A stretch of 61,902 bases of DNA, the filler included, from Choristocarpus tenellus KU-1152 (Eukaryota > Protista > Phaeophyceae), in the NCBI GenBank assembly GCA_964200185.2. It is 11 parts of 11 records of this genome, joined end to end, with 100 filler letters (N's around TTAATTAATTAA, not from the genome) between each part and the next. Parts side by side here need not be neighbours in the genome. Positions count along the whole stretch, not along the records: positions 12,274 to 15,813 come from CAXNAD020019376.1; positions 15,914 to 19,727 come from CAXNAD020017779.1; positions 19,828 to 30,365 come from CAXNAD020002869.1; 8 more parts are not named here. The stretch is one strand, 5' to 3'. The notes below the pieces were generated by a model. It saw only the letters and a program-made list of their open reading frames with translations, was not told the DNA's origin and made no database searches. The number at the start of each line of letters is the position of its first letter. The first letter of the stretch is position 1. Of this stretch, positions 12,274 through 25,100 are shown in pieces. The translations under genes and the position numbers were made by a program.

Positions 12274-13760
12274 GTGTCAACAACAACATCATGGTTGTTC
12301 CCAAGTGGACAGGAGTCAAATCCACCTCGGCACCCTAGGGACGCGGACCATAATGGCTAGGTGTTGACTCACTGTCCTCACGAACACGAACACGACTTCC
12401 ACGACCCCTGCCTATACGACGCAAGTATGGCAAACGAACACCCTGCGGGTTGTCCAGGCACGACTGGGTTGTGTGACCCTCACGAGTCGCTGCCTGACAA
12501 CCCGGGTACTGGCACACACTATTTTTCTGATCCATGGTGTATGTCGAGTTGGACAGTGAGGCTGAATAGGGCGATGTGTCTTGTGTTCGCGTTGGTCTGT
12601 CAGTGCGCCCGGCTGAGGGAGGGGAACCTGTCAACGACTGAGCTGGGGCCTTGTTGAGGGTTGCCTCCCCTGCTCGGTGACGTTCCACCTCCGTACGGAG
12701 CCGTTGGCACTCTCGTTGTGATTGCTCGAGTTCGCTACGAGGAATCCATTCCCCGAGCTTGAAGCTTCATCAAATCCTGAAGCCATCCAGGAGGCACCGT
12801 GTTCGTTCTGGTGCACTCGTTAACGTGGTGCACGATGAACGATGGCAGAGCATCTCCGAACTGTGCCTGTGACATGGCCACCTCACAAGTAGTCGAACTT
12901 GGTGGTGGAACTGGTTCTCCCTGGAATAGGACATGACGAGTGTCACGGTTGCCCGAGCTAACATGATGCTCTAGGGTTGAAGACACGGATCTGACATTCG
13001 CCTGGCGATCTGTGAAAGGGGAAGAAGGAAGGGGATCTACGTCTTTGTTCGGCATCTTTTGTCCGCGGTCAAACAGAAATGCCCTGTCACCCTATTTCTG
13101 AGGACACCGGTGTCGCCAATGTGAATCGTGCGATTCTGTGGCGGCGTGGTTCACTCTGGCAAGGGTGGTGAAGATAATCACCGGGCAAGACGGACCACAC
13201 GAACAAGGATGAACCATGATCAAGGCTACGAGATTAACGTTGGTCAACTGCAAACTTAGAAGTGATGAGCACCATCAAAGGTGGGGCTTCGTCACCACCA
13301 GTTAAGACGTGAGAAAAAAGTGGATCTTCCATGTGTGACATTCGGACAGAAGGTCTGTTCGTGGAATCATGGATTCTTCACTGGGAACCTTATTCGGTAC
13401 CACGGTATAACAGTATGTGGCATACGGCAATAACTGTATATTAACAGGCAAACATGCTTTCCACACAGGTGACCATTGATTGATTCTGGTGATTAATTCC
13501 TCGAGGCTTGCGCGGAGGAACTCATCTGCTCAGTCAACAGATTGTCGGAAATATCTCGTAGATAGCATGGATTCTTGGCACTTGCGAGTTCCAATGAGGA
13601 ATCAAGAGTTGTTGGATGGTGTTCTCAGTATCTGTGTTATTGAGGTTATAATAGTTCTTCTATTGGTGAGGATAGGATAAAGGTGTGAAGACAACTGAGA
13701 AAAGAGAAGTGTTGCTGAACCAAAGATCAGGTGTGCAAGTGCATTCAAGAATCCTTAACA
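12274..13760 (-). mobile_element. Decayed LTR retrotransposon 5' part (probably Copia): LTR ~13760-13477, PBS-like TGGTCACCTGTGTGG, gag remnants, start of protease
   Basis: On the minus strand, TGTTAAGG...ATCA is followed by TGG; a Cys/His knuckle CQYPGCQAATREGHTTQSC is present; HDVVVDT at the contig end fits an aspartic protease DT(G) motif. Confidence 0.55.
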
Positions 13761-14044
13761 TTTCAAGTTCCGTTCAAACAGCCATATCAAACAATAACCT
13801 TTATTGTTATACTTCAACGTCCAGTTCAAACAGCCATATAAAACAATACAGTAACATACAACAATGTATGCAATACATTGTATAAAAATTGTTGTACTTC
13901 AATCTAACTTATCTTAGAGCTAAGTAGTGCTTGCTTGCTCTATTAGCCTGTATAATGCTACAGAACTAGCTCCGTGGCTTATCTTGTCTTTGCCTTGCGC
14001 TCTGGACCTTGTGTATGGACTTTCTTGATCTCTTGAACATTGAA

Positions 14045-14308
14045 CTCTGACACAGATCTGCGTCAACATACGACCATGTCAAAACCTGTGTCCTCCAGCA
14101 GGTTATACACGACCACGGCTTTAGATCGATGTGGGCTGGCAAAGCTGCTAAGCTCGTTGTCCTGGACGACTGCTGTTACGTCCACAAAGGAATCCTCGAT
14201 GGCTTATGCGATTGCGGAGGATGTTGAGAAGGTTGGTGCATGTAAGGCTCGTCGCCGAAGGCTAGTAGTTGAGTTACATGATAAAACATACAGTGAATAT
14301 TATTTATC
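14045..14308 (+). mobile_element. Copia 3' remnant: degenerate RNase H end, PPT-like GCGGAGGA, short LTR 14222-14308; second partial LTR copy at 20878-20960
   Basis: YDHVKTCVLQQVI and TTALDR resemble the Copia RNase H C-terminus; TGTTGAGAAG...TTATCA; near-identical sequence occurs in another contig. Confidence 0.5.
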
Positions 14309-14556
14309 AACTGGGCCTTTGCCTTAGCCATCAACTATCTCTGACGTATGACACCGCTATGAAAGACTGAACCATCACACCGCTATGAACATTAGTACTT
14401 TGTATTCTGCTAAACTAAGAATAGACATATAAAACCTATGGTATATACTTGTATCAGCACAGACAACGTAAGGTTAACACTAGGTTATTCGACAGAGGAA
14501 ATGCCAAGATGACGCTGCATGAGGAGGATATCAAAGCGCTCGCTGCGAAGAATGCT

Positions 14557-14815
14557 GAGTGAAAGTATTTAAGAGAGTAGGGCCGCGTCCATTTGGGGGC
14601 CAAAATCCAATGTTGCGATTTCCATGTAATTTTATCCGTCGTATTTGTTAGGAAGTGTCAGTATCCTTGTTCCGGACATACCATTTCATAACATATACAT
14701 ATTTCCTACTCCGAAACATTTTGGAGTAGGCAAAATATCATAAAAACCCCATGGGAAGCCAAGCCCCAAAAGGACAAACAGGGAAAAACTCGTACCCTCT
14801 AAGATACTTTCAGTG
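14557..14815 (+). mobile_element. ~259-bp MITE, full copy, TSD TGCT
   Basis: Inverted termini GAGTG-AAAGTATTTAAGAGAGTA ... TACCCTCTAAGATACTTT-CAGTG with TGCT on both sides; homologous copies elsewhere in the window. Confidence 0.9.
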
Positions 14816-15924
14816 TGCTGTGTTTCTCAGTCAGGTGGAAGCAGACCTTATGACACGTATTCCTCGTCCCTAAATCTTTGGTATGTTTTGAAAAGGGCTT
14901 ATCCGAAGCTTATAGCTTGGCGGAAGGAGGAGAGGTGCTACTTCGCTCATGCCCACGATCTAAAGTAGGTGTTTTTGATTTTTGATAGAACTTGAAGTAA
15001 GGGTCATGTTTTTGTTACAGAATTCCTGTTCCTAGGACACAGTCTCCGACGACCAAGTTCGTACAGTCTATGCTAACGATGGGCTTACAACCTTCACAGT
15101 GTAGTCAGGCGTGTATGTGGACCGCTGAGAAGCCTCAGTATAGTCGTACACCTTTACCACACAAAGGTCCCGAGGACGTTCGTAAACTGTTTTGAAACAT
15201 GTTAAATTGTGTGTCAGAACCTTACTTCCAACACCTTCCATTATGCTTCCATTTGCTTTTCTGTAGATAGTAATCGTCACTCACTCGTATTCTGCATACT
15301 GCATACGACATAACGACACTGGAGTTTGTTTTGTAGTCTCTGTTGGTAGAACTGTCGGTCAGCACATAATACAAGCATAATTGGCAAAAACGGGGTCCCT
15401 GTTGTGAACTAGTGGGATTGGTCAAGTGGATAATGTCTAAAAAACACCGACGTTCGTTCAATATTTGAATTCACACTAAATTTAGAGATGGACAGAGCGC
15501 AATCGCAGCACGCAGCTACAAACAAATACAATGATAATATACCAGACGATAACACCTTGTCATCTCAATAATCATTCTTCCTCTGATGCAAAGCGAGATC
15601 AATAAGCCCTAAACACTATGTAGTGTATCACACAGGGTTTGTCCCCATCACACTATGTTGGGGCACATCAAACTTCTTCAAATGTACTAGCTTCACCGTG
15701 ATGACGTGTCAAGGTCATCAAAGGGTAACACCGTTTGGGGAGCTTTACTTTACAATCCTATTTTTATATATCCTCCGTCAATCACATACACATTAGAGAC
15801 TTAGCGTTACTTTNNNNNNNNNNNNNNNNNNNNNNNNNNNNNNNNNNNNNNNNNNNNTTAATTAATTAANNNNNNNNNNNNNNNNNNNNNNNNNNNNNNN
15901 NNNNNNNNNNNNNGGGGGGTGGGT

Positions 15925-15955
<31 letters not shown>

Positions 15956-16024
15956 GGGGGGGGGGCTACTTGGGAGTGTGTGGAGCACAAGAGCGACCCC
16001 GATCAACACCTTTGCGAGTTAATG

Positions 16025-16409
16025 TCTTACAGGCAAATAGTGCGAGTAATTCTTCTCACGTTCTAACAAGCGTGAGCAGTATACACACGTGTAGGGAACC
16101 TTGTAAGGAGGAACTCCGATTTACTAAAGGTTGCAGAGTATGATCTGTAACCTGGGAATGTTGCAACGGTTTTCAGATATATTCCAACGTCTGTTAGCCA
16201 AAGCGTATAAAAGGTAAATGGCGAAAGAAATACTAAACAGAGCCTTGCACAACCAATGCCCTCTGATCACTCTACTTAATTCCGATACCAAATTCACATA
16301 CTGATATTGATTGAGAAACATACCCCTGTTCTGCTGAGCTGAAGTTTATAATCTTGTGGATTGGAGCTATACATCCTGTGGAGGTAAGGTTATGAAGCGT
16401 GTTGCAACA
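16025..16409. mobile_element. Solo LTR family A, diverged copy (flanks AATG/CATG)
   Basis: Shares the start (TTACAGGC.AATAG.GCG) and end (CATCCTGTGGAGGT...TGCAACA) with 51756-52489 and 54797-55350. Confidence 0.7.
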
Positions 16410-17890
16410 CATGAACCATGTGTGTGCCCGGGAAATCTGAGGACAGTGGGGGTAAGTACCTTGATCATAGGTGAATACTTAGTATGGGCATTGACTCATC
16501 GGTTGCATAGTGTGCCCTGCCCTCACCGCACAAGTGAAGGATGAAGGCAAGGGAAGGCAAAGGGTGGGATGAAAACGACCAAGAGCCTGAGGGGGCCCGC
16601 GGTTAAGCTCACCACTGAGCAGGAGAAGGTAAACCATGTGAAGGAGTGGGCAAAAATGATTCCCGCTTGGTTGAGGGTAAACATGTGTCGCTTTTTGTAT
16701 AGGGGGATGAGAACGCCCAATCTAGCTGCATGCTCAATCTGTGTGACAAATGGAAATTTTCTAAAGCCGACGTAAATTGAATAATTGAAATTCAGCGACA
16801 AATAACCCAAGAAATCACCTCCACAGGTCCAAGCCTGGGCATAGGGAAGCTTTAGTGAGTTGGAGGAAGGTGGGGAAGAAGGATGGAGGGTCCGGGTTGG
16901 GCGGTCAGCAGCATATGAGCACTTTTTTCGAGCCAAAGGCACCCCAGTGGGCTACTCTTCTCTGCTGCTATACTGCGTGATGCTGGACTGTCATACGCGT
17001 AAAGTTCTTCTCCCAGACATGTAACAACGAGGTAGTGCATCTTGTACAGGGAAAAAGCACACAAGTAGTAAGAGTACTTGCACATCTAACTGTTTTCGCT
17101 CTAGGCGTCTCCCAACCATACTTGAGTACGTGGAGACTTTTTCATCGGGCGATCGAATGAAGAGTGGAGAGGTGATGCTTGTGGTAGATAGCATTTTTGA
17201 TGGGTATTTATGACAGGGCGACTATCGTGCGTTGTGTCACGCAACCAGCAGATGAGCGCGCAGACCCTACCAAAACGGTTGGTTCGACCCGCCAATGCCA
17301 CTTCTGTACGAAATGATGATATCGGAACAACCCAATGATATTCGCATGGCTTCTGACATCGGTGTATGAAGAGGGCATACACATTTTTGCTCAAGCTGAG
17401 GTGAGAGAGACTGGGCTAACCAAGATAAAGGGAGCCAGCTTGTGGGCACACCCCTGCCTGAGTTGCTGCACTAGCAGCAAGTTCTGTTTGTTTGTGCAGA
17501 TTGTTGCAGCAGGAAAGGGTCGATCTTCCGATCACTAATCTTCATCATTAAATAATTATGGTGGACACTAATCTCTATTTGGTCTAACACATCCTCCCAA
17601 TGGCAACTCATTAATTCATTCGCCACGGCCTCCACTGAACAGGGCAGGCATAGCACAGATTGCACATGCTGCGGCACTGCCTGTGACATGTCCACATTCG
17701 CTCAGAAGTTGAACGTGATAAGGAAATCAACTCTTGAGCTATACGCTATGCGCACATTCACATACATTGGTAGAGAGGGGACCTGCTTCTGCAAGTAAGG
17801 TAACACCAAGGCATTTACATTGCAACCACTATATCCCCTCCCGCTCCCTCTCCTCGGTATATCTCTATCGAGAGTTGCCCCAAATTCCAA

Positions 17891-18279
17891 ACACACATAT
17901 CCAGCTATTCACAACAAAATTGTTCAGTCAAGCTGCTCCCTCTTCTCTCTGTGAGAAATCTCCATATCTTGAGGGAGGAAAAGCGCAAAAAGCAACACAA
18001 ACTCTGGCAATGCATCTTCGATCATGGGCATTCTCCAAGACCAACAGGAATCTAGCTACTTCTAGAACAGACCACTCCTTCCACACACACATTCACCTCT
18101 TCGCAACAAAATTACTCAGTCGAGCTGCTCCCTCTTCTCTCTGTGAGGAGTAATCTCCATATCTTGAGGGGGCAAAAGCATAAAACGCAACACAAGCTCT
18201 GGCAATCCATCTTAGACCATGGGCATTCTTCAACACCAACAGGAATCTAGCTACTTCTAGAGCAGATCACTCCTTCCAC
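17891..18279. repeat. Tandem duplication with ~193-bp period
   Basis: GCTGCTCCCTCTTCTCTCTGTGAG at 17931 and 18124; ACCAACAGGAATCTAGCTACTTCTAGA in both units. Confidence 0.9.
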
Positions 18280-18799
18280 CAGAAATGGCACACTTGACAC
18301 CAAAACGTGACGTCTTGAGCAACATCGCCGGCCTAAGCAATCAAGCTAATCTAAGGAATCAAATCCGTAGCACTCCAACATTGTGACACAAGATCACCCC
18401 CCCGAGTACCGATGCCTCTAGGTAAATACAATCTACTCCCGTGGCACGACACACAAGTAAGTATCTTGCCACAGCAGTAAAGGCACCGGTGCCTCTAGGT
18501 ACATACAGCATACTTCAGAGAACAAGAGAATATCTTGCCGCCACACATATCTTGTCGAGGAGGCGGGAGAAGGTGGGAGTTTAAGTGGAACTCCTCTTCT
18601 TTTCTGTCCAGCAGAACATACCCTCACCCCAGACAGACCCCCTTGCCCACAATCGCAAGAAATATATTGTGTAGTGTATCTGCTACTGCTCTTGCACAGG
18701 GGAGAGGGGTCAGGAGACCAAACTCAACAACCTTCCTTATGTCCTTCCTTCGCGTACGTATGCCCAACACCACAGTGTTTGATGGTCTCTTTGGCTCTC

Positions 18800-19727
18800 T
18801 CACTGCACATCGATCTGGATGGGATCTGGGCGCATGGCCTTTGACACCGTCACCTCCACAGCAGAAACGCATGCCTCCACACCTGCTTCCCCCGTGCTCA
18901 CGTCTTCGGCCTCAAAACGTGCAGCGATGCTAGCCGCATCGGCATCCCTTGGTAGTTTCACCGTCCTTGACTCACCAAACCGGGAGCGACCAACCGAGGA
19001 GACTTCAGTGGGGCTAAAAGAGATCTTGAGGAGGTTTTGGTCAGGCAGGATACTGAGCTTGACATCTTTTCGTGTTTCCCCCTCAGGAAGATCCACCCTG
19101 ATATGTGTGATCAGATGGTGCATGATGGGCAGGGTGCAAAGGATCAGGGGGTAGAGGTAAGGAAGGGGGTAGAGGTTCATGACAGGTGAGAGGCCTATGG
19201 ATAAAGTTGTTGTTAATACTACTACTACTACTACTACTACTACTACCACTACTATCGTACCGTTGGGATAACATCAACATACGTTCAGACCCACTGGACA
19301 GGAAGGAAGCACTTGTCAAGAAATGCAATCGAACGGGTCAATACAGTGAGTGGTCCTCAGCTGAGATGCCAAAGTACTACCTTTCCTTCTGATCCTAAAC
19401 ATTCGAAACCTACCACCCTTAGCAACAAGCGCCATATTTCTTCTCGAACACAACTGTCCTGTACTATTGTACCACTACAAATACAACAAGAATATTCAGT
19501 AGGTGCACCAAGATAACCCCTAATCACAGCAACAAGCAGTGATAAGATGGAACCAATACGCGATTGGATTGCTGCGGTCAGTGAGCAGGAGTGAAGAAGT
19601 GACATCCAGCTCAGAGGCAGCCAAACTTGACAACCTCAACAACACCTGGTTCCAACCCTTACCTAATCAGATAGCTCTCATCATCCTTCTCAGACACGTT
19701 CACTGCCATGGATGCACGATTGATAGC
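18800..19727 (-). CDS. Small heat-shock protein (HSP20/alpha-crystallin domain), 3' part; exons 19727-19663 and 19097-18800
   Basis: MAVNVSEKDDESYLIR|VDLPEGETRKDVKLSI...SRTVKLPRDADAASIAARFE...VEVTVSK...PIQIDVQ*, with the C-terminal I-x-I motif; GT-AG junction in phase 2. Confidence 0.88.
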
Positions 19728-20357
19728 NNNNNNNNNNNNNNNNNNNNNNNNNNNNNNNNNNNNNNNNNNNNTTAATTAATTAANNNNNNNNNNNNNNNNN
19801 NNNNNNNNNNNNNNNNNNNNNNNNNNNCCCCTCCCAGATACTTTGGGTCGGTGCAGTGCTAGGGTATCCTGCCTTGCATTCATCCTTACCCCAACCACTC
19901 TGCCCTTTACCTGGCAGAGATAATTCCCTTGTGTTGAATGGTGCTCAAAATTCCAGTGACCCAATAATGTGTGGTGATAACGAGAGAAACGATCCTCGTG
20001 GAAAATAAAGAGGAGGGACAGTGGTCGAACTAATTCTCCTCACTTCGACATTTCTAAAACAGAGAGATGGTGAAGTGGTGTAGTATCACCCCGCACCAGC
20101 TCCCCTTCACAGTCCCTCAACCTTGTCAGTAAATCAAGGCCACCGCCCTTCTTTTCTTGGAGTTCCCTGGTCTTACTATGTGTAACTCAAAGTATGTGTT
20201 CTACTGGACAACAACAATGACGCCCCACGCCACAACGGAGAGTTATTTAATTCTCATTAATACTTCTGTGTGAAAACACTTTCTTGTCCTGGTGGTTCTT
20301 GCGTGTGCTGGTGGCTCAGAATAGCTTTAGGAGGTATGTTCTAAGTGTTGGTGCAAA

Positions 20358-21510
20358 AATGCGCGTTCGCGCGGAGGAAGCCTGCTGCTCGCGCGTCCAG
20401 ACATAAATAAGCGTATGCAAGAGAATAAAGAATTGGTTTCGCGTAAACAAGTGAATATACGAAGGATGATCTCGTATGATACTTTCAGCTAGTCAAAGTT
20501 CGATTCATCGTGAAACTTCTGATGATACAAGACTTAACCTTTTGGTACTGTTTAGGGCAAAATGTCATCCACATACCGACTTTGAAATTTTTGGAGATAC
20601 ATAATATTTTAAATCTTCATTGTTGGTAGTAAGGCGTTCGTAGAGGTCAAAGTTTGTGCACTAGCTAGCTACGCACGCGGTAGGGGAGAGAGGGACAGGT
20701 GGTTATAGCAGGAAGGGGGCGTCAAATCCCGTCTACCACAGATAGTTTCTGTCGCAACAAAGGTAGCCCTATCCAGACGGGTCATGCGCTTTAAGTTGGA
20801 GACACCAGGGAGATGGGCAAGGGGTGGCCTTGTTAGATTCGTGGGATGCCTCCCTAGCCCCTGATCCTGGAGTATAGTGTTGAGAAGCTTGGCGCATGTA
20901 AGGCTCGTTGCCGAAGGTAGTAGTTGAGTTACATGGTAAAATATACATTGAATTATTTATTGTATTTGTCGTGAAACTCCTGATGCTACAATGCTTAACC
21001 TTTAGTACTGCTTAACACAAAATGTCATCCACATACTGAAATTTTTTGATCTTCGTTGTTGGTAGTATGGTGTTTGTGGAGGTCAAAGTTTGCTCACTAA
21101 GTAATAATATAATAATACAAGTGCTACACATTAATTTTCACTGTTAAGAATATTAGTAGTGGTGTTCGTTGTTGATTTTTTCCTCAAAAGAAATCGGAAA
21201 AGGTGTGTTCAAGGTGTTAGGTCAATAATGCGCAGTCATCAAAAGAAGGTTGCTACTCATACATCCAGACGTAAAAAAGCGTAAGTAGAGAAAAAGAATT
21301 GGTTTGACGTAAACAAGTATATATATATACGAATGATAATCTCGTGTAATTCTTACATCTAGTTAAAGTTCGATTCGTCATGAAACTCATACTGTTAAAG
21401 ACAATATTTCATCCACATACCAACATTGAGATTATTGGAGATACATAATATTTTTATTATTCTTTGTTAATATATAGCAAGGCGTTTGTAGAGGTCAAAG
21501 TTTGTCATTG
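20358..21510. repeat. Unclassified ~300-bp repeat in direct copies (20358-20660, partial 20968-21100, 21226-21510)
   Basis: Shared AAAGAATTGGTTT..CGTAAACAAGT, AAAGTTCGATTC.TC.TGAAACT, TCATCCACATAC and GAGGTCAAAGTTTG blocks. Confidence 0.75.
20663..20877 (+). mobile_element. 5'-truncated non-LTR retrotransposon end (CRE-like, restriction-like endonuclease C-terminus)
   Basis: Frameshifted LATHAVGERGTGGYSRK.GVKSRLPQIVSVATKVALSRRVMRFKL; homologous to 41701-41990 and 48100-48572. Confidence 0.7.
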
Positions 21511-22168
21511 ATACTATATTACATATAACTACTGGACATATTTTTCTCCTTGGAATAGTGTCTTTGTTGTATATTTCTTCCTAAATCCAACGTGTTTGTA
21601 TAAAAAAATTGCTGGGTTTTTCCAGTATAGCACAAGAACACACTCTTTTTGTTCAATACATCCAACACATATATTTTATTATTATGCCCTCTGACATTTT
21701 GCAGATGTATTGTTGTAACACTATTAACACTGTTGTATGTCCATATCATACAATTATATTGTTGTATATAACAATTTGTTTCATGTATCATTTACACATT
21801 CTAAATTATAGTATCTCTACTTTCGGGGATTGGATGCTGTTTCCCGATATCTAGTGTTAAGTAGTCGGGGGGTCCTGTGCGTGGTACAAACGGTTTTCGA
21901 AGGGAAACATACATATTTAATTTTAATACCCGACATGTCCCAAGTCCTTGACAACAAACAATATCAACTATCAAAACCAAGGGGACACCTAGTAGTCACA
22001 TAAGCAGCCTTTCTTCCCTGCTAGCTATTTGCCTGCTACGTGAATTGCTAGGGGTAGCTGCGTCGAGCTGCTCCTGCCGTAAGTGGTGGAGACGGGTCAC
22101 CGCCGAAAGATTCGAAGGAGTCTATCCGTAACACAAAGATCTACTAGGTTGGGTAGATAGGCGTTGCC

Positions 22169-25100
22169 ATGGCAGAGTGGTGGACGGAGCTGAGCGTCTC
22201 TAGAGATTCTTACGTGCCGCCCATCTACTCGGAAGGATCAACAGTATCCACTAACCACGCAATCCTACTTGGCCTGCGGGAACGGGACTACGATGTGAGC
22301 GACCAAGTATACATGTATGGTCTTATCACAACCTTGGGAGTGTTCATTTTCGCCGGACTTGTGGGCTGCTTACTTTGCCCTTGCCTCTGCTTCGGTTCTG
22401 GAACCTACCGCGTGAACGAGAGGTGAGGATAGCAAAGCGAGGGGGCCCAAGCTATTCCTGCGCACCCATAACCATGTTGGAGTCCCTTGACTTTTAGAAT
22501 GTTGATCACTCCAAGCTCTCCTCAAGGAAGTGTACGGGGACGTTGAGTATCCACGAGTTAGGAGTCTGCTGTAGCAACCTTCATTGTGATCGTTTTATTC
22601 CATATAGATCGTAGCATCAAGGTGTTTGTATGCTAGGATATTGATGGAACACCTCATGACCAGTCAGCGCCTATCATTGAACGTCGTGTTCGTCAGGAAA
22701 CGAATGCCTGTGGAGTCTGAAAGCCAGGGCAGGCGATGGAAATGGCCTACTCTTATGGTCTGTGCTTCTGTCCTGGCCGCCGTGATTGCCGCTATGGCTG
22801 GAGCGATCGTATCTGATGATGCTATCTCTGGCGTTGCCACCTCAGCGCACCAAGCTGCGAACGACTTGCGGGAGGTGATGTGGTTTTTCTAGCAAGCAGG
22901 CTGCACTGGGACCCTTGCAAGTTATTTCTAGCATTACAATAAAAAATGTTACGAACTTGTAATACTTTCATCTTTATCTTGCCAAGCGTCTCCCTGACCT
23001 TCCGAAAGGGTGCGTTCTGGCTTCGTGTCTCCCTTGTGGATTATGTTGACAACGCTTAAGGTACCTGTAGACACTGAACGTGTACGAAATGCTGCATGTT
23101 TTTAACAACCAAATCCATTCTTAGGTGCCCTCTCTGAGATACGTGCATAACAAATCATGTGCAGTCCTAATCCTGCTTTTCGCTTTCTCCGCTGCCATTT
23201 CCTGCAGGCTATAGATATGAGCGAAAGTGCATCTATTTCACTAGCCAACAGTCAGGCAGCTCATGAATCCCTCCTACGCAACGTGAACGAGTCTTGCGAT
23301 CTAGCTGGCGATAGATCGTACACTTTGATCAGAAATTCTGGGTCATTTTTTGCCGATATGGGAGGTTTCTTGAATGCAACAGGGAATTCCAGCATGGAAA
23401 TCCTTTCGTCTGATGTGAGGTCTTGTTGGGGTTTTTGCAGAGTGCATGTGTTTGCCGAAATATTTTCTTGGTTGAGATGTGAAAAATCTAATTTGATGCT
23501 GAACCCCCTTCTATACTTCAATGGGTCATGGCAACATCTAATGTCCATCTTTAGATATTTCTTCTCTTTTTTTCTTGCTGTATAAGGTGATCTAACTATC
23601 ACATTGCTCTTACCGATTTCTGTTTCCATTTCATGTGTTGCATTGATCCATTGTTTTCGACAGCTGGAGAAGTTGTCAGACTTTGTATCTTCCACCGCTG
23701 GGATAAGGAGGGGTACTGTAATACCAGTGTTGATTGTGGCATCTTTTGCAATTGTGGCATTCGCTGTGATGGGGTGGGGTCACTTCAAACTTATGGAACA
23801 GGGAGACTTGAAATCAACAAACTGGTGGCTCAGATATGTGATGTGGCCATGGGGGTTTCTGGTGGCTAGCATGACCTGGATACTGGCTGGGGCTGCAGTT
23901 AGTTTCAGTGGTGAGTTATGGTGGTTTAAATGCTTGTGATTTTGACAACGTTGAAGCGTATGCTCATAAATATTTTTTAATATACTCACAACTATTGAAT
24001 TTCTTTCTTTTCTAGGAGTACAGTTGTATTTTCATGCATATTATGAGTCCTGTTTTTGTTTTCTGTTTCTAATTTGGTATGTTGCAAACGACTGTGAGAC
24101 AGCTTGGTGTGTTTGCTCATGAACAGAGAGCGCATTACAGGTGCACTTTTCTCCCTCCCCTGTGCCCTGTATTACATGAGCTCCACCATCTGCCAATATC
24201 TAAATGGTACTTATTTGAATTGAAGACTACCAACACATAATCTCTGACATGATATTGATGGTTTGCAGTGGTCCAGGTTGATAATGTATTGCTTAAATCC
24301 TAATTCACAGCTACATGCAGTTTCATGTGTCTAAGTTATTGTCCGCATTTTTTCTATTGTTTTTTTTTGGCTCATTCACAGCCCTCACTGGAGACTTTTG
24401 TGTGAATCCTAGCGAAAACTTGTACAATCAGTTGGACAAACAGGATCTTCTGCTCTACTACAGTGAGGAGTGCTCGGGTGAGAACCAAGTGGTGGAGGCG
24501 ATACAGGATGCAGAGTACCTCGCAGTGAACCAGCTTGATGACCTTGTTCCTGCAATCAATGAGGTGAGTTTTGTGACATTTTGTTTTTTACATGCATGTG
24601 TTTATATGATGAAAATTATCATTGGTGCAGTCCTTTTAATTTAAACCACGTCTTTTGTCACCTACAATGTAACAGTTTTGCTTTTTAGGAGCTTGTTTTG
24701 TGCACTGGGGTATGTGAGGTTTGGGATGTGTAGTATGCCAGGTTTGTTGTACATTCCATGTGAGGAGAAGGATCGCATGTGTTTCAGAGACATGCCATTT
24801 GAGGAGAATGGTGATGTATGTGTCAGAGACTCGTAATACAATATTTTTTGCACTACCACTATTATGTTACCTAAAGTTGCTTTCCTTTGTGTTCTCCTGC
24901 TTGTTCCACCTATCTAGCTGCACCTACCTACCTACCTAGCTGTCTTCACATCCAATAACTGCATTCAAAAATATCATTATGCACAAGAGTGGCCTGCACT
25001 GCATTATCAGTACTCCCCTCTGTATGCTGTGCTCAATTCGTTCTACTGTTTTTCATTCAAACCAAATTCTTAGGTGGGGGAATCTTGTCAGGCTGTGAGT

